A stretch of DNA of 63,097 nt, filler included, from Saprolegnia diclina VS20 (GCF_000281045.1; 4 parts of 2 records of this genome joined end to end with filler, not necessarily neighbours in it); one strand, 5' to 3'; positions 10,156 to 21,965 are shown, numbered from the whole stretch's first letter. Numbers and translations are program-made. Notes: generated from the letters alone by a model not told the origin.

Positions 10156-12405
10156 TTATGGAAGCCGCGCCGCGTCCACGACCTGGTCGACGACCGTGAG
10201 GTAGTTGCGCGAGAAATGCGCGGTAAAGTGCTGCGTAAACGCAAAGACCGGGTAGCCTTGCGCGTCCGTGAGCGTGATCTCGTCGCCGTTCGAGTAGTTG
10301 TCGGCGTAGTCGATGAGCGTCGCGTTGGCGGCCTTGACCGTCGCGTGCAGCGGGTCGAGGAGCCACTCAAAGTCCCGGTTGAACACGCTCTTGCGGAACG
10401 GCGTCGGCAGCGTCACCGTCTCGCCCGAGATCCACGCCCACGGGTTCATGTGCTCGTACTCGGGGCTTTGGTTGACGACAAACACCTTGATGCCCATCTC
10501 TGTGAGCTTTGTCAGCTCCTCCTGAAGCGAGACCCACATGGCGTTGACATCATCCATGTTTTGCTCGTCGCACGGAAGGTAGTCGTCGTAGCAGCACGCC
10601 GGAATCGCGTTGCGCGGCCGATCGGACGGGCCGCCCGGGTGCATGTACTGAAAATAATGCACAATGAGGAGCACTGCTTGGGGCTTGACTGCATGCACCA
10701 TGGCCAAGGTGGCAAAGAACTCGGCCCGGCACGAGAGGAGCGGGCGCGCCGAGTAGCTGTTGACCACGATGGTCGGGAACTTGTCGTCGTTGTTGGCGGT
10801 CGCGTCCTCAAAGAGCTTGACAAAGCGCGGCTTGGACATGTCTGCGTGCGAGTCCCCGAGGACAATCAAGAGGCCGTTGTCCTTCTCGTGGCCGGGGTTG
10901 ATGACTTTGACTTCCCCAGGAAAATACTTGACCTGGTGCCCGTAGCCGGCCGGTCGGATCAAGTTGGTGACGTACGGCGAGCTGTACGGCAGCTCGTCGC
11001 CCATGCCTTCGTTCCAGCCGTAGTCCCTCATGGCTTGCTGCGCTTGGCTCAAGGACGGTGCGATGATGTCCGGAATGCCAGTGGACGCGTTGTTAACGAG
11101 CACTGGCGCGTCGACAAGCGCCGGGGGGGCGGCGTGCTTGAGACCGATCTCGATCATGGAGTAGTCGGCCGGGTTGGCGTGGACGGCAGCCGAAAACAAC
11201 GCGATGCAGACCACACCCAGCACGAGCACGGGCGTGATGAGCTTGTTCTTGCTCCGGCGTAGCCGCATCTCAACGTCTTCGTACGTTGCGACACTCAGTG
11301 CAAACGAGATGACGAGGACGACCCACGGCTCGGCAAAGAACGGCCGCGTCGCTGCCAGCGGGTACCGGTCCTTGGTGATGACAAGGAGCGGCCAGTGCCA
11401 GAGGTAGAGGCAGTAGCTGATCTTGCCAATGTACACGACGGCTGCGTTCCCGAGGACGTACCGGTTGAACGGCGCAGTAGGGCCCGCCGCGATGAGCAAG
11501 GTCGCACCGGCTGTCGGGAGGAAGGCCCAAAAGCCGGGGAACGCGCGGTGTTCGTCGATCGCGGCAAAGCCGAGGAGGATGAGGCCAAGGCCCGCCGCCG
11601 ACGTGTAGCCGCCCGAGCTCACCGGTGCGGCCGGCGGCTCCAACGACGAAGCCGCTTGCGTCGCCACATACGAGAGGAGACCGCCCATGGACATTTGCCA
11701 AAAGCGGCAGAGCGGCATGTAGAACGACACCTTGTTGTCGCGGTAGCCAAGGAAGGCAATGTTGATACCAAAGCTCAGCGCCATAAACGCCACTTGGAAG
11801 AAGATCGCGCGCTTGTACGAGAGCTTCATGATGATGGCGCAGAAGCACGGCCAGAGAATGTAGAACTGCTCTTCGACGCCGAGCGACCAGAGGTGCAAGA
11901 CCGGGTTGTTGCCCAAATCAAAGTACGCTTTCTCGAGCGAGAGGACCTGGAGGTTAGCGCTGAAGAGCGTGCCGGCAAAGATGGTCGCCGCCATCGCTTG
12001 GAGCTTGGGCGCCATGAGGTAGAGGTACCCGAGCCAGAGCGTCGCGCTCAGCACGATGATGAACGTCGGGAAAATACGGCGGACGCGGCGCTCGTAAAAG
12101 CTCGCGTACGTAAACTTGCCGCGCGTGTGCTCCTTGAAGAGAATCCCGGAAATCAAAAACCCGGAAATGACAAAGAAGATGTCGACGCCAATGAAGCCGC
12201 CGGGAAAGAGCGTCGGGTACGCGTGGAAGACGAGGACGGGCACGACCGCGAGCGTCCGGAGGCCGTCAATGTCGGGCCGGTAGCTGTGCACCGGCGGAGG
12301 CGCGTGCACCTTCTTCGCCTCGGGCGCGTGGTCCGAGAGGAGCTGGTCCATCGCGAGGACGTCCTCGTCGTCGGCGACAAAAGGCGCGCGCTGATTGACT
12401 TGCAT
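10156..12405 (-). CDS. Acyltransferase-3 + SGNH-domain O-acyltransferase (OafA/YrhL-like), intronless
   Basis: YRPDIDGLRTLAV, GFIGVDIFFVISGFLI, RRVRRIFP, HLWSLGVEEQFY, IGKISYCLYLWHWP, then SGNH block GDSHA. Likely start MQVNQ at 12405. Confidence 0.92.
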   Translation of the reverse strand: MQVNQRAPFVADDEDVLAMDQLLSDHAPEAKKVHAPPPVHSYRPDIDGLRTLAVVPVLVFHAYPTLFPGGFIGVDIFFVISGFLISGILFKEHTRGKFTYASFYERRVRRIFPTFIIVLSATLWLGYLYLMAPKLQAMAATIFAGTLFSANLQVLSLEKAYFDLGNNPVLHLWSLGVEEQFYILWPCFCAIIMKLSYKRAIFFQVAFMALSFGINIAFLGYRDNKVSFYMPLCRFWQMSMGGLLSYVATQAASSLEPPAAPVSSGGYTSAAGLGLILLGFAAIDEHRAFPGFWAFLPTAGATLLIAAGPTAPFNRYVLGNAAVVYIGKISYCLYLWHWPLLVITKDRYPLAATRPFFAEPWVVLVISFALSVATYEDVEMRLRRSKNKLITPVLVLGVVCIALFSAAVHANPADYSMIEIGLKHAAPPALVDAPVLVNNASTGIPDIIAPSLSQAQQAMRDYGWNEGMGDELPYSSPYVTNLIRPAGYGHQVKYFPGEVKVINPGHEKDNGLLIVLGDSHADMSKPRFVKLFEDATANNDDKFPTIVVNSYSARPLLSCRAEFFATLAMVHAVKPQAVLLIVHYFQYMHPGGPSDRPRNAIPACCYDDYLPCDEQNMDDVNAMWVSLQEELTKLTEMGIKVFVVNQSPEYEHMNPWAWISGETVTLPTPFRKSVFNRDFEWLLDPLHATVKAANATLIDYADNYSNGDEITLTDAQGYPVFAFTQHFTAHFSRNYLTVVDQVVDAARLP

Positions 12406-14076
12406 CGCCGCAAAGTACTTTCTGCCACGTAGTACTAGCCAGTGGCGCCACCGAGCGTACGGATACCGTCCTAAAAATACAGTGTAACATAAGCCAGTGG
12501 AATTTGCCGGATCTGACAACGCGCGCTCGCGCACAAGCAAGCGACGCTCGGCAACGAAGCGCCTTTGCCAGCGACGACGACGACGACGACGACTGAGCGC
12601 TGTAATGACCGATGGAGATGCCTCTTGGCCCTCCAATGCTGGATAAACACCCGGCTCGGGCTCGGTTGAGTGCATACTGAGTAGGCGGAGCTGGTCGAAC
12701 CGCTGGTCAGCGCGATGGCGTGAGATCACTGGACTCTTGTTCTGAAATGCGATCGCCAGCATCACCAGGAACGTGAAAAGTGGTCATGTGGTCGCCGCCA
12801 AAAATGAACAGCGTTATCCCGAGTGGTGCCCACCCGACCGTGAGTCGTTGGGACATGGCGGCGGGTCCTCATGAAGAGCATGGATCCGAGAGCAACGTCA
12901 GCCATCGTTGCAGTGCCCCGTGTACTCCAAGAAAGGATTTTGGTGCGTGTACAAAGATTTGCTGGACTACCCGTGACATGCTACACTATCGAGCACAGCA
13001 ACGACCGAGGCGTTGACAGTGGTTGACGACCAGGTACGTACTTTCGGATGGATAAACTGAGGTGCAAAATGGAAAAATAAGAAATGAAATGGACTTTAGG
13101 ACTTGTGATAACAGCTCTTTGGAATAACAACGATGGACGTTCATCAAGAGCCAGCACCTCCAACTCAATCAAGTTGCTGGCCAACATCCCGAGTCAACGG
13201 CCGTGGTCGCATACTACGATCATCGAAGTCATTTGCGATGTCAACTTTGAAAACCAAGTACTGTAGAACTGAACGGACTTGGATCCTGTATACTAGTACG
13301 GCAACATCGGACATTTCGCGTCCATTTTAACGGTACTTTAGGACACCTTGCGCAGGCTCTGTGATCCTCCAAGCGTCGAATGAAACGACGCAATTTCAGC
13401 ATGGCGCGTACAAATCCGCATACCACCAGCGGCATCCGTACACTTGACCGTATATTCACGGTAAATCTCCACTACATTGGACGACCAAATCAAATTCTGT
13501 TTCTCATTTCGGACATTTGGCGCATCATTCGGACAAATCAGGCTTTTTGGTAATACACTGTTTCCTGCAAGTGGACCATAGTAAAATCAAGTCAAACATC
13601 GAGGCATTTGAATACTGCTCATGCTCATTTCGGATCTTTCCGAATCCAACCTCGGCCCTCAATCTCCAAGGGCCAAGAGCTCCGAAGGCCTGTGTCAACA
13701 GCGTCCTCATGTACGCGCGCATGAGGTGTCTGCACGAGGCGTGCTGGCAGTACCCAGCACCCCTACATTACCTAGAATACTATGTAGTAAAATGCAACGA
13801 GCCGGCAACGCTGGGTCCAACGACAACCATTTGAAATACGTCAACGACCGCACTGACAGGTAAGACGCCGCCATCCGTGGCAGGTCTCTGGCGCCAAGGG
13901 ACTTCTTGCTCCAGCCTCTATCACACTCATACTGGCGCCTCTAAGATCTCATTGTGGTAAACACGACTTGGCGTTTAATGGACCTTTAACGCAAATTACG
14001 CGCGACCGCTTCTAGAAGGAATGCTCGGCGCAGCCACATACGCTGCATTTTCCATTTTCCATTTTGCAGTCCATCC

Positions 14077-14880
14077 ATGACGAGCTCTACTAGTACCACG
14101 ACGACAGCCCAGCCCATGGCCTGGAACGTCTCCATCCATGCACTCAACCAGCTCCTCCACAGCGCCGACCTCGCCGTCGTGGCCGCCCAGCTGGCCTCGA
14201 CGCACTACGACAGCGGCGTCGACATTGGCGCCTTGCCGCTCGACGAGTGGACAAGCTACGTCGCGGCCGAATTCCAGACGCTGCCGTCCAAGGCCATGAC
14301 GTGGCGCGACGGGCACGTGTTCATCACGGAGCTGCCGCTGCCATTGCACACGGCCCTCGTTGCCGCATGCAACAGCGTCGTCGAGGCAGCAACGGGCACG
14401 AGCAACTGGCATCTCAAGCACTATCGCAGCGCGATGGTGGCGTCGCTGGACTTGCTCATCGAACCCGACTGCAGTTACGGCCCGGACCGCGGCGTCGGCG
14501 GGTCGCTCCCGCGCGGCCTCCTCTCGTGGGCCGACTACCACACGGTCAAGGTCGAGATCGGCGTCACGCGCGGCTGGACGCAGCTCGATGCCAAGGCCAG
14601 CGCGTGGCATCGTTTCCCAGGTGTCCAGTACATTTTGTGCATCCATGTCTCGAGCGACCGTCGCGTCCGCGAGTTCAAGCTCTACGACGTGGTGGCGGGC
14701 CAGCCGCTTGCACCGGTCGCGCCGCGGCCCATTGAAGCGACGACTGTGCTGTCGCTCGACTCGCGTCGTCTCCTTGGACTCCCCGCATCCGAACGCTTCC
14801 CGACCCGGTTTGCGCAGCCAAACATGCGCGTGTCTCTCTCCGACATTGTGACCATCGCGATTGCCAAGCAAACCAACTAA
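14077..14880 (+). CDS. Uma2/DUF820-like restriction-endonuclease-fold protein
   Basis: FITELPLPLH...EPDCSYGP...VKVEIGV...LDAKASAW...VQYILCI pattern of PD-(D/E)xK Uma2-type domains; an INR-like CATTTTCCATTTT lies just upstream. Confidence 0.6.
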   Translation: MTSSTSTTTTAQPMAWNVSIHALNQLLHSADLAVVAAQLASTHYDSGVDIGALPLDEWTSYVAAEFQTLPSKAMTWRDGHVFITELPLPLHTALVAACNSVVEAATGTSNWHLKHYRSAMVASLDLLIEPDCSYGPDRGVGGSLPRGLLSWADYHTVKVEIGVTRGWTQLDAKASAWHRFPGVQYILCIHVSSDRRVREFKLYDVVAGQPLAPVAPRPIEATTVLSLDSRRLLGLPASERFPTRFAQPNMRVSLSDIVTIAIAKQTN

Positions 14881-15483
14881 GTTATGACCCATATATACGT
14901 TCTGCTACGACCCTTAGAGCCTCCACGTCTTGCTTGATGCTGCACACAATACGCCCCTGCAGGTCGGAGAGATGTCGAGAGAGATGCAAGCTAGGACTCC
15001 ATCACGGCCACGAGCCATTCAGCTGTCCAGGCAGTAGCGACCGGTACGACCAGCGCCGAGGAGCAGACGCGTATGCTTGCATATTGTTAGTCGGACTTTC
15101 TTCTTGTGTACACGCGGTTGAGGAAACTTGATCTGGGCAGGAGCGCGATCCGCGGGACAAGGTGCTGGCGCGGCCACTCGTGTTGGGCGAGGAGCCGGAG
15201 AAGCCTACAAATACAGGCTGCTCGGGCTCTTGAACGAGGCTGTGGTGCACCGGCCAGAGGTTGCAGCACGCGGCTTGGTGCATGTTGGAGGCCGTCTTGG
15301 GCGTCAGGTAGAGGTAGCCCGAGAGCGTTGTCAGCAAGACCACGCCCAAGGGACCATGACCGCATGTAGGGTGCTCTCTACGTCCTTGATAAAGTCGCAG
15401 TCCGCGAGGAAGTGGCGGTACTTCGTGCTCGGGGATAGTGAGGCGCGCGTATTTGGCCCTGCTGAGCCAGTGCAAACAGGCAG

Positions 15484-15541
15484 GACCGCGCGGAGCATCC
15501 CATGGAAGTCTTGACCGCGCGGAGCATCGCATGGAAGTCTT
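15484..15541. repeat. Tandem duplication, 2 x 29 bp
   Basis: GACCGCGCGGAGCATC(C/G)CATGGAAGTCTT at 15484-15512 and 15513-15541, one mismatch. Confidence 0.9.
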
Positions 15542-15632
15542 GGGACAAGAGCAGGATGGATCCGAGTGGCTGGTTTCCATTGGCTGAAATCGAAATGGTT
15601 TTTGCAGCCCGCCAATCAGGTGGCTGCATATG

Positions 15633-15648
15633 GCTCACTTTGCCTTTT
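15633..15648 (+). promoter_or_regulatory. INR/FPR-like core promoter with upstream CCAAT
   Basis: GCTCACTTTGCCTTTT 18 nt upstream of ATG 15666; GCCAATCAG at about 15611. Confidence 0.5.
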
Positions 15649-15665
15649 TCGTTGGCATTTCTACC

Positions 15666-16373
15666 ATGAGCATCGCGGCTGTGCTCTCGCAGGCGCCGCT
15701 TGTCGCTCGCATCACGAGCTTCCAGGATGGCGTCTTCGCCGACGTCCGCAGCCGCTTCGTCGAGTTCCACCGATGCGTGCGCTTTGCGATGCGATGGGTC
15801 GACCCATACTGGTGCATCGGCGAGTACGACGTGCCACGGGGCGTGCGCAGCCGGTCGGCGCCACACGCAGTGCTCTATTCAATGCAAGGTTCCGACTTGC
15901 ACTTGCACTCGGACACTCGAGACCCGCGCTTCATCTTGCATGTGGCCATCTACGAAGGCGACGCGGATGCTGCCACGCGCATGGCGACGTGCTGTCCACG
16001 CCTCCTCTCGGACGACGCAGTCGAATTGGCCTTGACGCTCGACGAGCTTGCTATCGCAAAAGCCCTCGTGCGTCTCCATGGCCCAAGCTCTCGTGATAGC
16101 GACTGGATGGAAACCTTTGGCCGCTCGCTCTTGCCACGTATAGTACGCCGAGGGTCCGTGCCCCACCTGGAGGTCCTCTGAGCCTTTTACCCGGGTGCGT
16201 GGCCGACAAAGTGCCTCCGCGTCGCGATCAAGCACCATGAATTGTCGAGCGCGATGTACCTCTACACGTCCTGCCCCGAGACGCATGGCGAGGACGACCC
16301 GCTGACCTTTGCGCGTACCGTTGGCTTTTCCGCGTTCGTGCAACACGTTGCGGCACTGCGCCAAGCCGAATGA
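15666..16373 (+). pseudogene. Ankyrin-like repeat family gene with an in-frame premature TGA (16179-16181)
   Basis: MSIAAVLSQAPLVARITSFQDG...FILHVAIYEGD...EVL*AFYPGAWPTKCLRVAI...CPETHG; the frame stays open for 63 more codons that align with the intact neighbouring paralogue. Confidence 0.75.
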
Positions 16374-16527
16374 CGCGCCGCGTGTCATCGAGTGTCACCC
16401 AGCACGCCTCAACACATTGCAGAATGCGAATATGATCTCCTTCGTCGCGTCTTGCGACCACACGAGCATGGCTCGGCTAGGACTTGAAACCAAGGAAACA
16501 CACCAACTCCGAGTACGATAGCGTATT

Positions 16528-17250
16528 TTACGATTCGTTTGCAAACTTGTAACTAGTATTTTGCTGAAGAAACTGCACGAGTGCTGTAAACCCAGTGGTC
16601 GCGGCCTGCGTCAAGAAGCTCGCATGGCCGCGCGTCTCGGGGCAGAACACGTAGAGGAACAGAGCTGACGCCAAGTATCGCCGTGCGATCGCCATTTCAA
16701 GGCACGATTTCGGCCAGCCAGACGGAAGAAATGTGCGCAGCAATTGAAGCTGGGCGACCGAGCCACGGGACACGACTACGTCAAAGAGCGAGCTGGTGCA
16801 CCACACACGCGCATCTTGCGAGCTCGGGCCGTGCACACGCAAGAGCGCAGTCGCCATCGCTTCTTCGTTTAGTCGAAAGGCCATGTCAATCGCAGCCTCC
16901 GAGATCAAGCGTGGGCAGCACGCTGTGATGCGGCGAACGGCCGCCACGTCCCCTTCGTAGATGGCCACGTGCAAGACGAACCGCCGATCGTGTTCGCCTC
17001 CGTGGGGATAATAGAGCTGCAGGTCGTCGCCCGAGAGCATACTAACGCTCTGACATAGCAGTGTTCGACTGGGAATGACACGGGGAAGGCGGTAGACGTG
17101 GGTGCACCAGCCCAGGCTCGTCGCCCGCAAGGTGCAAGACACGTCTCGATGGAACTCGATGCAGCGTGCTTGCACGTCATGAAAGAGGCCGGATTGGAAG
17201 GCAAAGACGAGGGCAAGGAGGGCTGGTTGCGTCAGCACAGCAGCGCTCAT
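16528..17250 (-). CDS. Ankyrin-like repeat family protein (intact paralogue, convergent with 15666-16373)
   Basis: MSAAVLTQPALLALVFAFQSG...RFVLHVAIYEGDVAAVRRITACCPRL...WPKSCLEMAI...CPETRG. Confidence 0.75.
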   Translation of the reverse strand: MSAAVLTQPALLALVFAFQSGLFHDVQARCIEFHRDVSCTLRATSLGWCTHVYRLPRVIPSRTLLCQSVSMLSGDDLQLYYPHGGEHDRRFVLHVAIYEGDVAAVRRITACCPRLISEAAIDMAFRLNEEAMATALLRVHGPSSQDARVWCTSSLFDVVVSRGSVAQLQLLRTFLPSGWPKSCLEMAIARRYLASALFLYVFCPETRGHASFLTQAATTGFTALVQFLQQNTSYKFANES

Positions 17251-17612
17251 ACGTGCGTCGATGCTGACCAAGACTGGTGCAAGTGGGATGCCATCGGCCT
17301 GTCCAGCGTCGGCGAGGAGCCTGCAGATTCTGATTCGTGCTTCGAAAAATGGCGGCATTTGATTGGCGGATTCGCTGTGGCGCATGCAGCGTGGTGTGCA
17401 GAGACCCTGACATTGAGCTGCAAGTACCAGTATCGAGACCTTGCAGTGCTAATCGTGTCAAGCTCTAATTAAGGTCCAAGGCGCTATAATGTCCCCTAGC
17501 TTTGTTCCCTACGGCTTATATGGTACGCGTGTCGAAAATCCGAGGACTGTCAATCATCTCTTGACAACATCTCGCGTCGTGTAGTTGCACATACTAAGAT
17601 CTTAGTGGTCAA

Positions 17613-19006
17613 CTAGATGGGGCCCGCGCTCAGAACCGAGAACTGAAGACCACGCTGTTGGAGCTTGGCGATAAAGTCCGAGTGCTTGAACGCCGCACCG
17701 GGCGTGAGTACCCCGCGCGGCAGCGTCTTCGCACTCACTTCGTCCTGCACGACAACGAGCGCGGCCTCGACAAGGCAGATCGGTGTCGCGACATACCCTG
17801 GCTCGGGCCCGTCGAGGCGCACCTTGACTTGCCAGTCCAGCGCACCGCCCGCCTACGCATCGCTCAAGCATCCCTCCTGAGCCATTCCACGTACCTTGGC
17901 AACATCCTGATAGCCGCGCGCAATGCAAAAGTGCGTAAACGACGCCGTCGCCATCTCGTCTTGGGTCGGCCCCGCATGCGTGAACGCGCCGGCCGTGAAG
18001 AAGCTCGGGTATTTGATGAGAAGCCGGCGACCGGGTTCGCACCACCCCAAGAGGCCGAGGAGAAGGCCAAACAGCGCCAGCAGAATCACATAGCCAAAGT
18101 GCTGGACGTAGAAATACACTTGGGTCTCGACGCCAGGGTTGCTGAGCTCGAGAAGGTACGCGTCCGCGCCCATGAAGCGAGCGGCAAACTTGCCAATGCG
18201 CGCGTCGTACGAAAAGAGGTAGCGCGAGAGGAGCCCTTGCGACGTCTTGGTCGCTGGCGGACGGACAGCGTCGTAGTAGCGCGCTGTCTTGGCGCGATGG
18301 CTCGGGTTGGCCATGAGCACGACGCACTCGTACGTCGTCGCGTGGCCGTGGGACGAGTCGATCCCCATGAGTACCTCGGTCGTTGCGACGCGGCCGAGGG
18401 GCGGGAACTGCGCCGACGCAAAGGCCGCGCAGACCTCGGTGGGCACGCTGTCAAAGCCCATGGCGCTGACGACGAGTGCGCCCTTGGCTCTCGCCGCGTC
18501 ATGGTACTTGGCCATCATCTCAAGGATGAAGTGCGCCTCGCCCGTAATGTCGAGGTAGTGGGTCCCGTGTTGCACGCAGCTCGCGACTACGGGCTCACCA
18601 AAGTACTCGTACGGCCCCGTGCAGTTGAGCAGCACCCGTGCACGCTGGCTCATGGCGTCGAGCGACGGGGCGTTATGGACGTCGGCGAGGACGATCGGGA
18701 TCGCCGGCTGGCTGCTGTACGCGGGCAGCGCTGCAACGATCTTGGCGTAGACCTCTAGAAGGCGAGTATGAGGAAAGCGCCACGTGTGGGACAAGGAACC
18801 CACCGTGGAGCTTGGCCGAGGACCGGCCAGCGAGGGCCCAGCGCAGGTTGGGCATGCTCAGCACTCGCTTGGCGAGGTCGAGCACCACGTACTGCCCGGT
18901 AAAGCTATACACGTGGCATGAGCCTGCTACGCTGAACGGATGCAATGCAAGGAGCAGCGTACCCGCTCGCGCCAAAGACGATGATGTCAAACTCGCGGGA
19001 GCCCAT
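17613..19006 (-). CDS. Saccharopine dehydrogenase-like oxidoreductase (SCCPDH family), multi-exon
   Basis: MGSREFDIIVFGASG/intron/FTGQYVV (Rossmann GASGFTG), LAGRS, VLLNCTGPYEYFGEPVV, YLDITGE, GFDSVP, C-terminal GPEPGYVATP...GVLTPGAAF. Confidence 0.92.
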
Positions 19007-20290
19007 AGAAAAATAGAAAGTGGCCGATATTTTGCGGTGGGAGATACGCCGCGTGGATTTCCCACCACGGTTTCAGCCAATGAGGAACGTTTCTTTGAGG
19101 TAAAACGGAGGGTTTGTCCCAAGCTCGCGCCAACATGAATACGGGCGGCTTCCAATTAACTCGACACGACCACGATTGGGTTGAGAAAGCAAGGAGGTTG
19201 CAGACAGGACAGTACACAGACAGGGCAGCGAGAGGGTGCTCGGGCCTCTCGCTGCACTTGGCGACTGCACGTGGAGAGTGTCATAAGTTCGAAGAGATGC
19301 CTCCTTGACGTCAATGGGCCAATTCTTGAGGCTACTGTACCGGACAAATATCGGTGTGGAAGAGGATGGGATCTGTTGCTTGGCATCTCTGCAATCGCCT
19401 GAGCGAGTAAGAGAGTAAAAGAAGAAATCTGTTCAAAAACGAGGAAGATTGCCTCGTGTGACCAACTAAAACGCACTGTGGATCATACGACAACTGCGCG
19501 AATGAGAGGAATTAACCAAATTCATTCAAGAGGTTTCGTGGCGAGAAGCCCGATCCTCTTCCTTGCATCCGCGGATGCTTTCGGCAGCAAGTTCAATTTG
19601 AAGGTTTGAAGGCGCGGTCTTTGAATAAGCGCACCGAAATTGATATCAGGTGCGCTTTTCTAGGGCCTCCATTTGTGCGCGGTGGCGTAACCGGATGCTG
19701 GGGCAACGGAGAACCACTTGCTTGCGCGCAGAAGTCCTCATCGAGTGATCCTCGTCGAATCTCAACTGCAGCTGGTTGGGACAGCAGGGTCAAAGGATAG
19801 ATCTCCACCGTGGCTTTGAACGTACGTTGAGGTTCGCCGTTTCTGTAGGTGCCAGGGATTCCTACAGTACATACCGCGGCAGTCGAGTGACGAGAAGTCG
19901 AGCTTGGATCTTTGATCTCATGGTTATGGTTAGGTTGTCTGGGCTTTTGGCTGCAGACTCTGCAGCCACGTAACCTCCCATGCAACTCCGCAGTCGTTGG
20001 CTGGGCCGTTTATGACGTTGTGAAACCCACATACAGGGACACACCGCCTAGCGACTGGCTGTCATTCTTCAACAAATGCGTTGACTTCCTTCCTTCTCTA
20101 GAAGTGCAGCAAGGTCAGCGCCAAGGTTCGCCAAGGTGGCAATCGAGCCGTCGGCAGGGAATGATCCAAGAAGGTGGTAGCAGGTGCGCTTTTGACGAGA
20201 TGGGTGCGTCTTTCTAAAATACTGTGAATCTCGCGTTATCCGGACAACCCGGTTCTCTCCCGCGCTCCCTTTTTTTGGTTTTCTCTGCCC

Positions 20291-21965
20291 ATGGTCCGTC
20301 GCCGCCCCGCTTCGCCGGCCGCGTGGGCGCCGCTGCTCATGCTGACGACGCCGGGCCTCAACCTCTCGAAGCTGCTGGCCTCGCTCGATGGGACCACGGC
20401 CTTCTGCGCCCATGTCTGCGAGGCCTTTGACGGCGTCAAGCTCACGCACGTGGTGGTCGACCGCCACGGCGCGCCCGCGCTCCTCCTGCTCGCCGGCGCC
20501 CTCGCCATGCACGCGCACTGCGGCGTCGCCTTCCTCCAAGACGCACATGCCGCCGACCGATCGCTGCTCTTCCTCACGGACCTCGTCGAGCACGGCGACG
20601 ACTTTTTACGGCAGGTCGAAGCCGCACGGACCAAGTGCAACGGGTCGCTTGTCGCGGTCGCCAGCGTCTGCGGCAAGGAAGAGCTTCCAGACGAGCTCAA
20701 TCTCTCGGTCCCGTGGTTTTGTGGCTGGACGCCCAAAGGCGCCAAGATGCAAGTCGCGTCCATGGCGCCAACGAAAGCGGTGGCCTCGCCGCGGCCATTC
20801 GAGCTGCGCCACTGCACGACCACGTACGAAGGCAACATTATGAGCGAAGACCGGAGCGACTGCTGGACGCAGTCGCCGGACACGGCCCTCTTTGCGGTCT
20901 ATGACGGCCACGGCGGCGAGATCGCGGTCAACTTCATCCACAAGACGCTCGGCCCGCTCATTTTAGACAACGTCCAAGCCAACGCGTCGCCGCTCAAGCG
21001 CAAGCGGGACGCGCCGCCGCCGCCGCCGCTCACATCAGCGCTCAAGAGCGCGTTCCTCAAGTGCGACGAGCTGCTCAAGGAGAAGCTCCGGTCGTACGGA
21101 CCGACGATCGCCAGCTCCAAAGGCTTTTGCAACACGGGGTCGTGCGCGGTCACGGCGCTCTTCCGCGGTACAACATCGTATTCTCTATCAGTTCTGATTG
21201 TCTTATGTGTGGGGCTGTAGGCGACACGGTCTTGCTCGCCAACGTCGGCGACTGCCAAGCGGTGTTGGGCTACTCGACGTCGGCCATCTCGACGGTCGAC
21301 GTGGCGTCCATGGCCGCCAAGGTGCTCACAACGACCCACGACTGCAACAACGCGGACGAAATCAAGCGCGGTACGCAATGTCGGTGGGTCGACATCTACT
21401 AACTAACGCTCGCGATAGTCGTTGAGCGAAGCAACGACCGCAATGCGATTCGCATGAGCAAAGACGACCGGTTGAGCTGCAGCGAGTATGGCATCAAGCG
21501 CGTCGCGGGCTCGCTGAGCGTCACGCGGGCCCTTGGCGACTGGTACTTGAAAGCGGACGAGTTCAGTGCGCCGCCGTACAAGGCCAAGGTGCCCTACATC
21601 ACCGCCGAGCCCGACGTGGTTGTGCACCACATCACCAAGCGCGACAAGTTTTTGATTCTGGCGAGCGACGGGCTCTGGGAGGTGGTGCCCCCGCTCCTCG
21701 CCGTCCAGATCGTCACCAACTACGGTACGTACTATGGCGGGTTTGAGCATCGAGAGATATCCTTTGCATAGTGACAACGGCGGCCAACGCTGGCGAGGCG
21801 CCGATTCCAAATGCCAGTGCTGCGCTCGTGCACTGCGCGCTCGACCGCGCCGCGAGCAAGGAAGGCCTCGCGCTGCACGACCTCCTCGCGATTTCCAAGG
21901 GGCCTCAGCGAAGGAGCATCCACGACGATATCACGTGCACCGTGATCTTCCTTGAGCACGCCTAG
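20291..21965 (+). CDS. Protein phosphatase 2C with N-terminal extension, multi-exon
   Basis: SEDR, FAVYDGHGG, GSCAV, ANVGDCQAVLG, RVAGSLSVTRALGD, FLILASDGLWE, RRSIHDDITCTVI. Confidence 0.93.

Noticed and set aside
10012..12432. Long + strand ORFs (416 and 345 aa) and similar antisense ORFs over other genes
   Set aside because: Shadows of GC3-rich codons on the opposite strand; no recognisable motifs.
12406..12765. 120-aa N-terminal extension of the AT3 ORF with poly-Arg
   Set aside because: Begins at a non-ATG start and includes a (CGA)n microsatellite; homology starts downstream of Met at 12405.
13660..13700. Tyrosine-recombinase-like words (RPSELLAL / TGLRSS) on the minus strand
   Set aside because: Short, bounded by stops, and no HxxR or catalytic Tyr region found.
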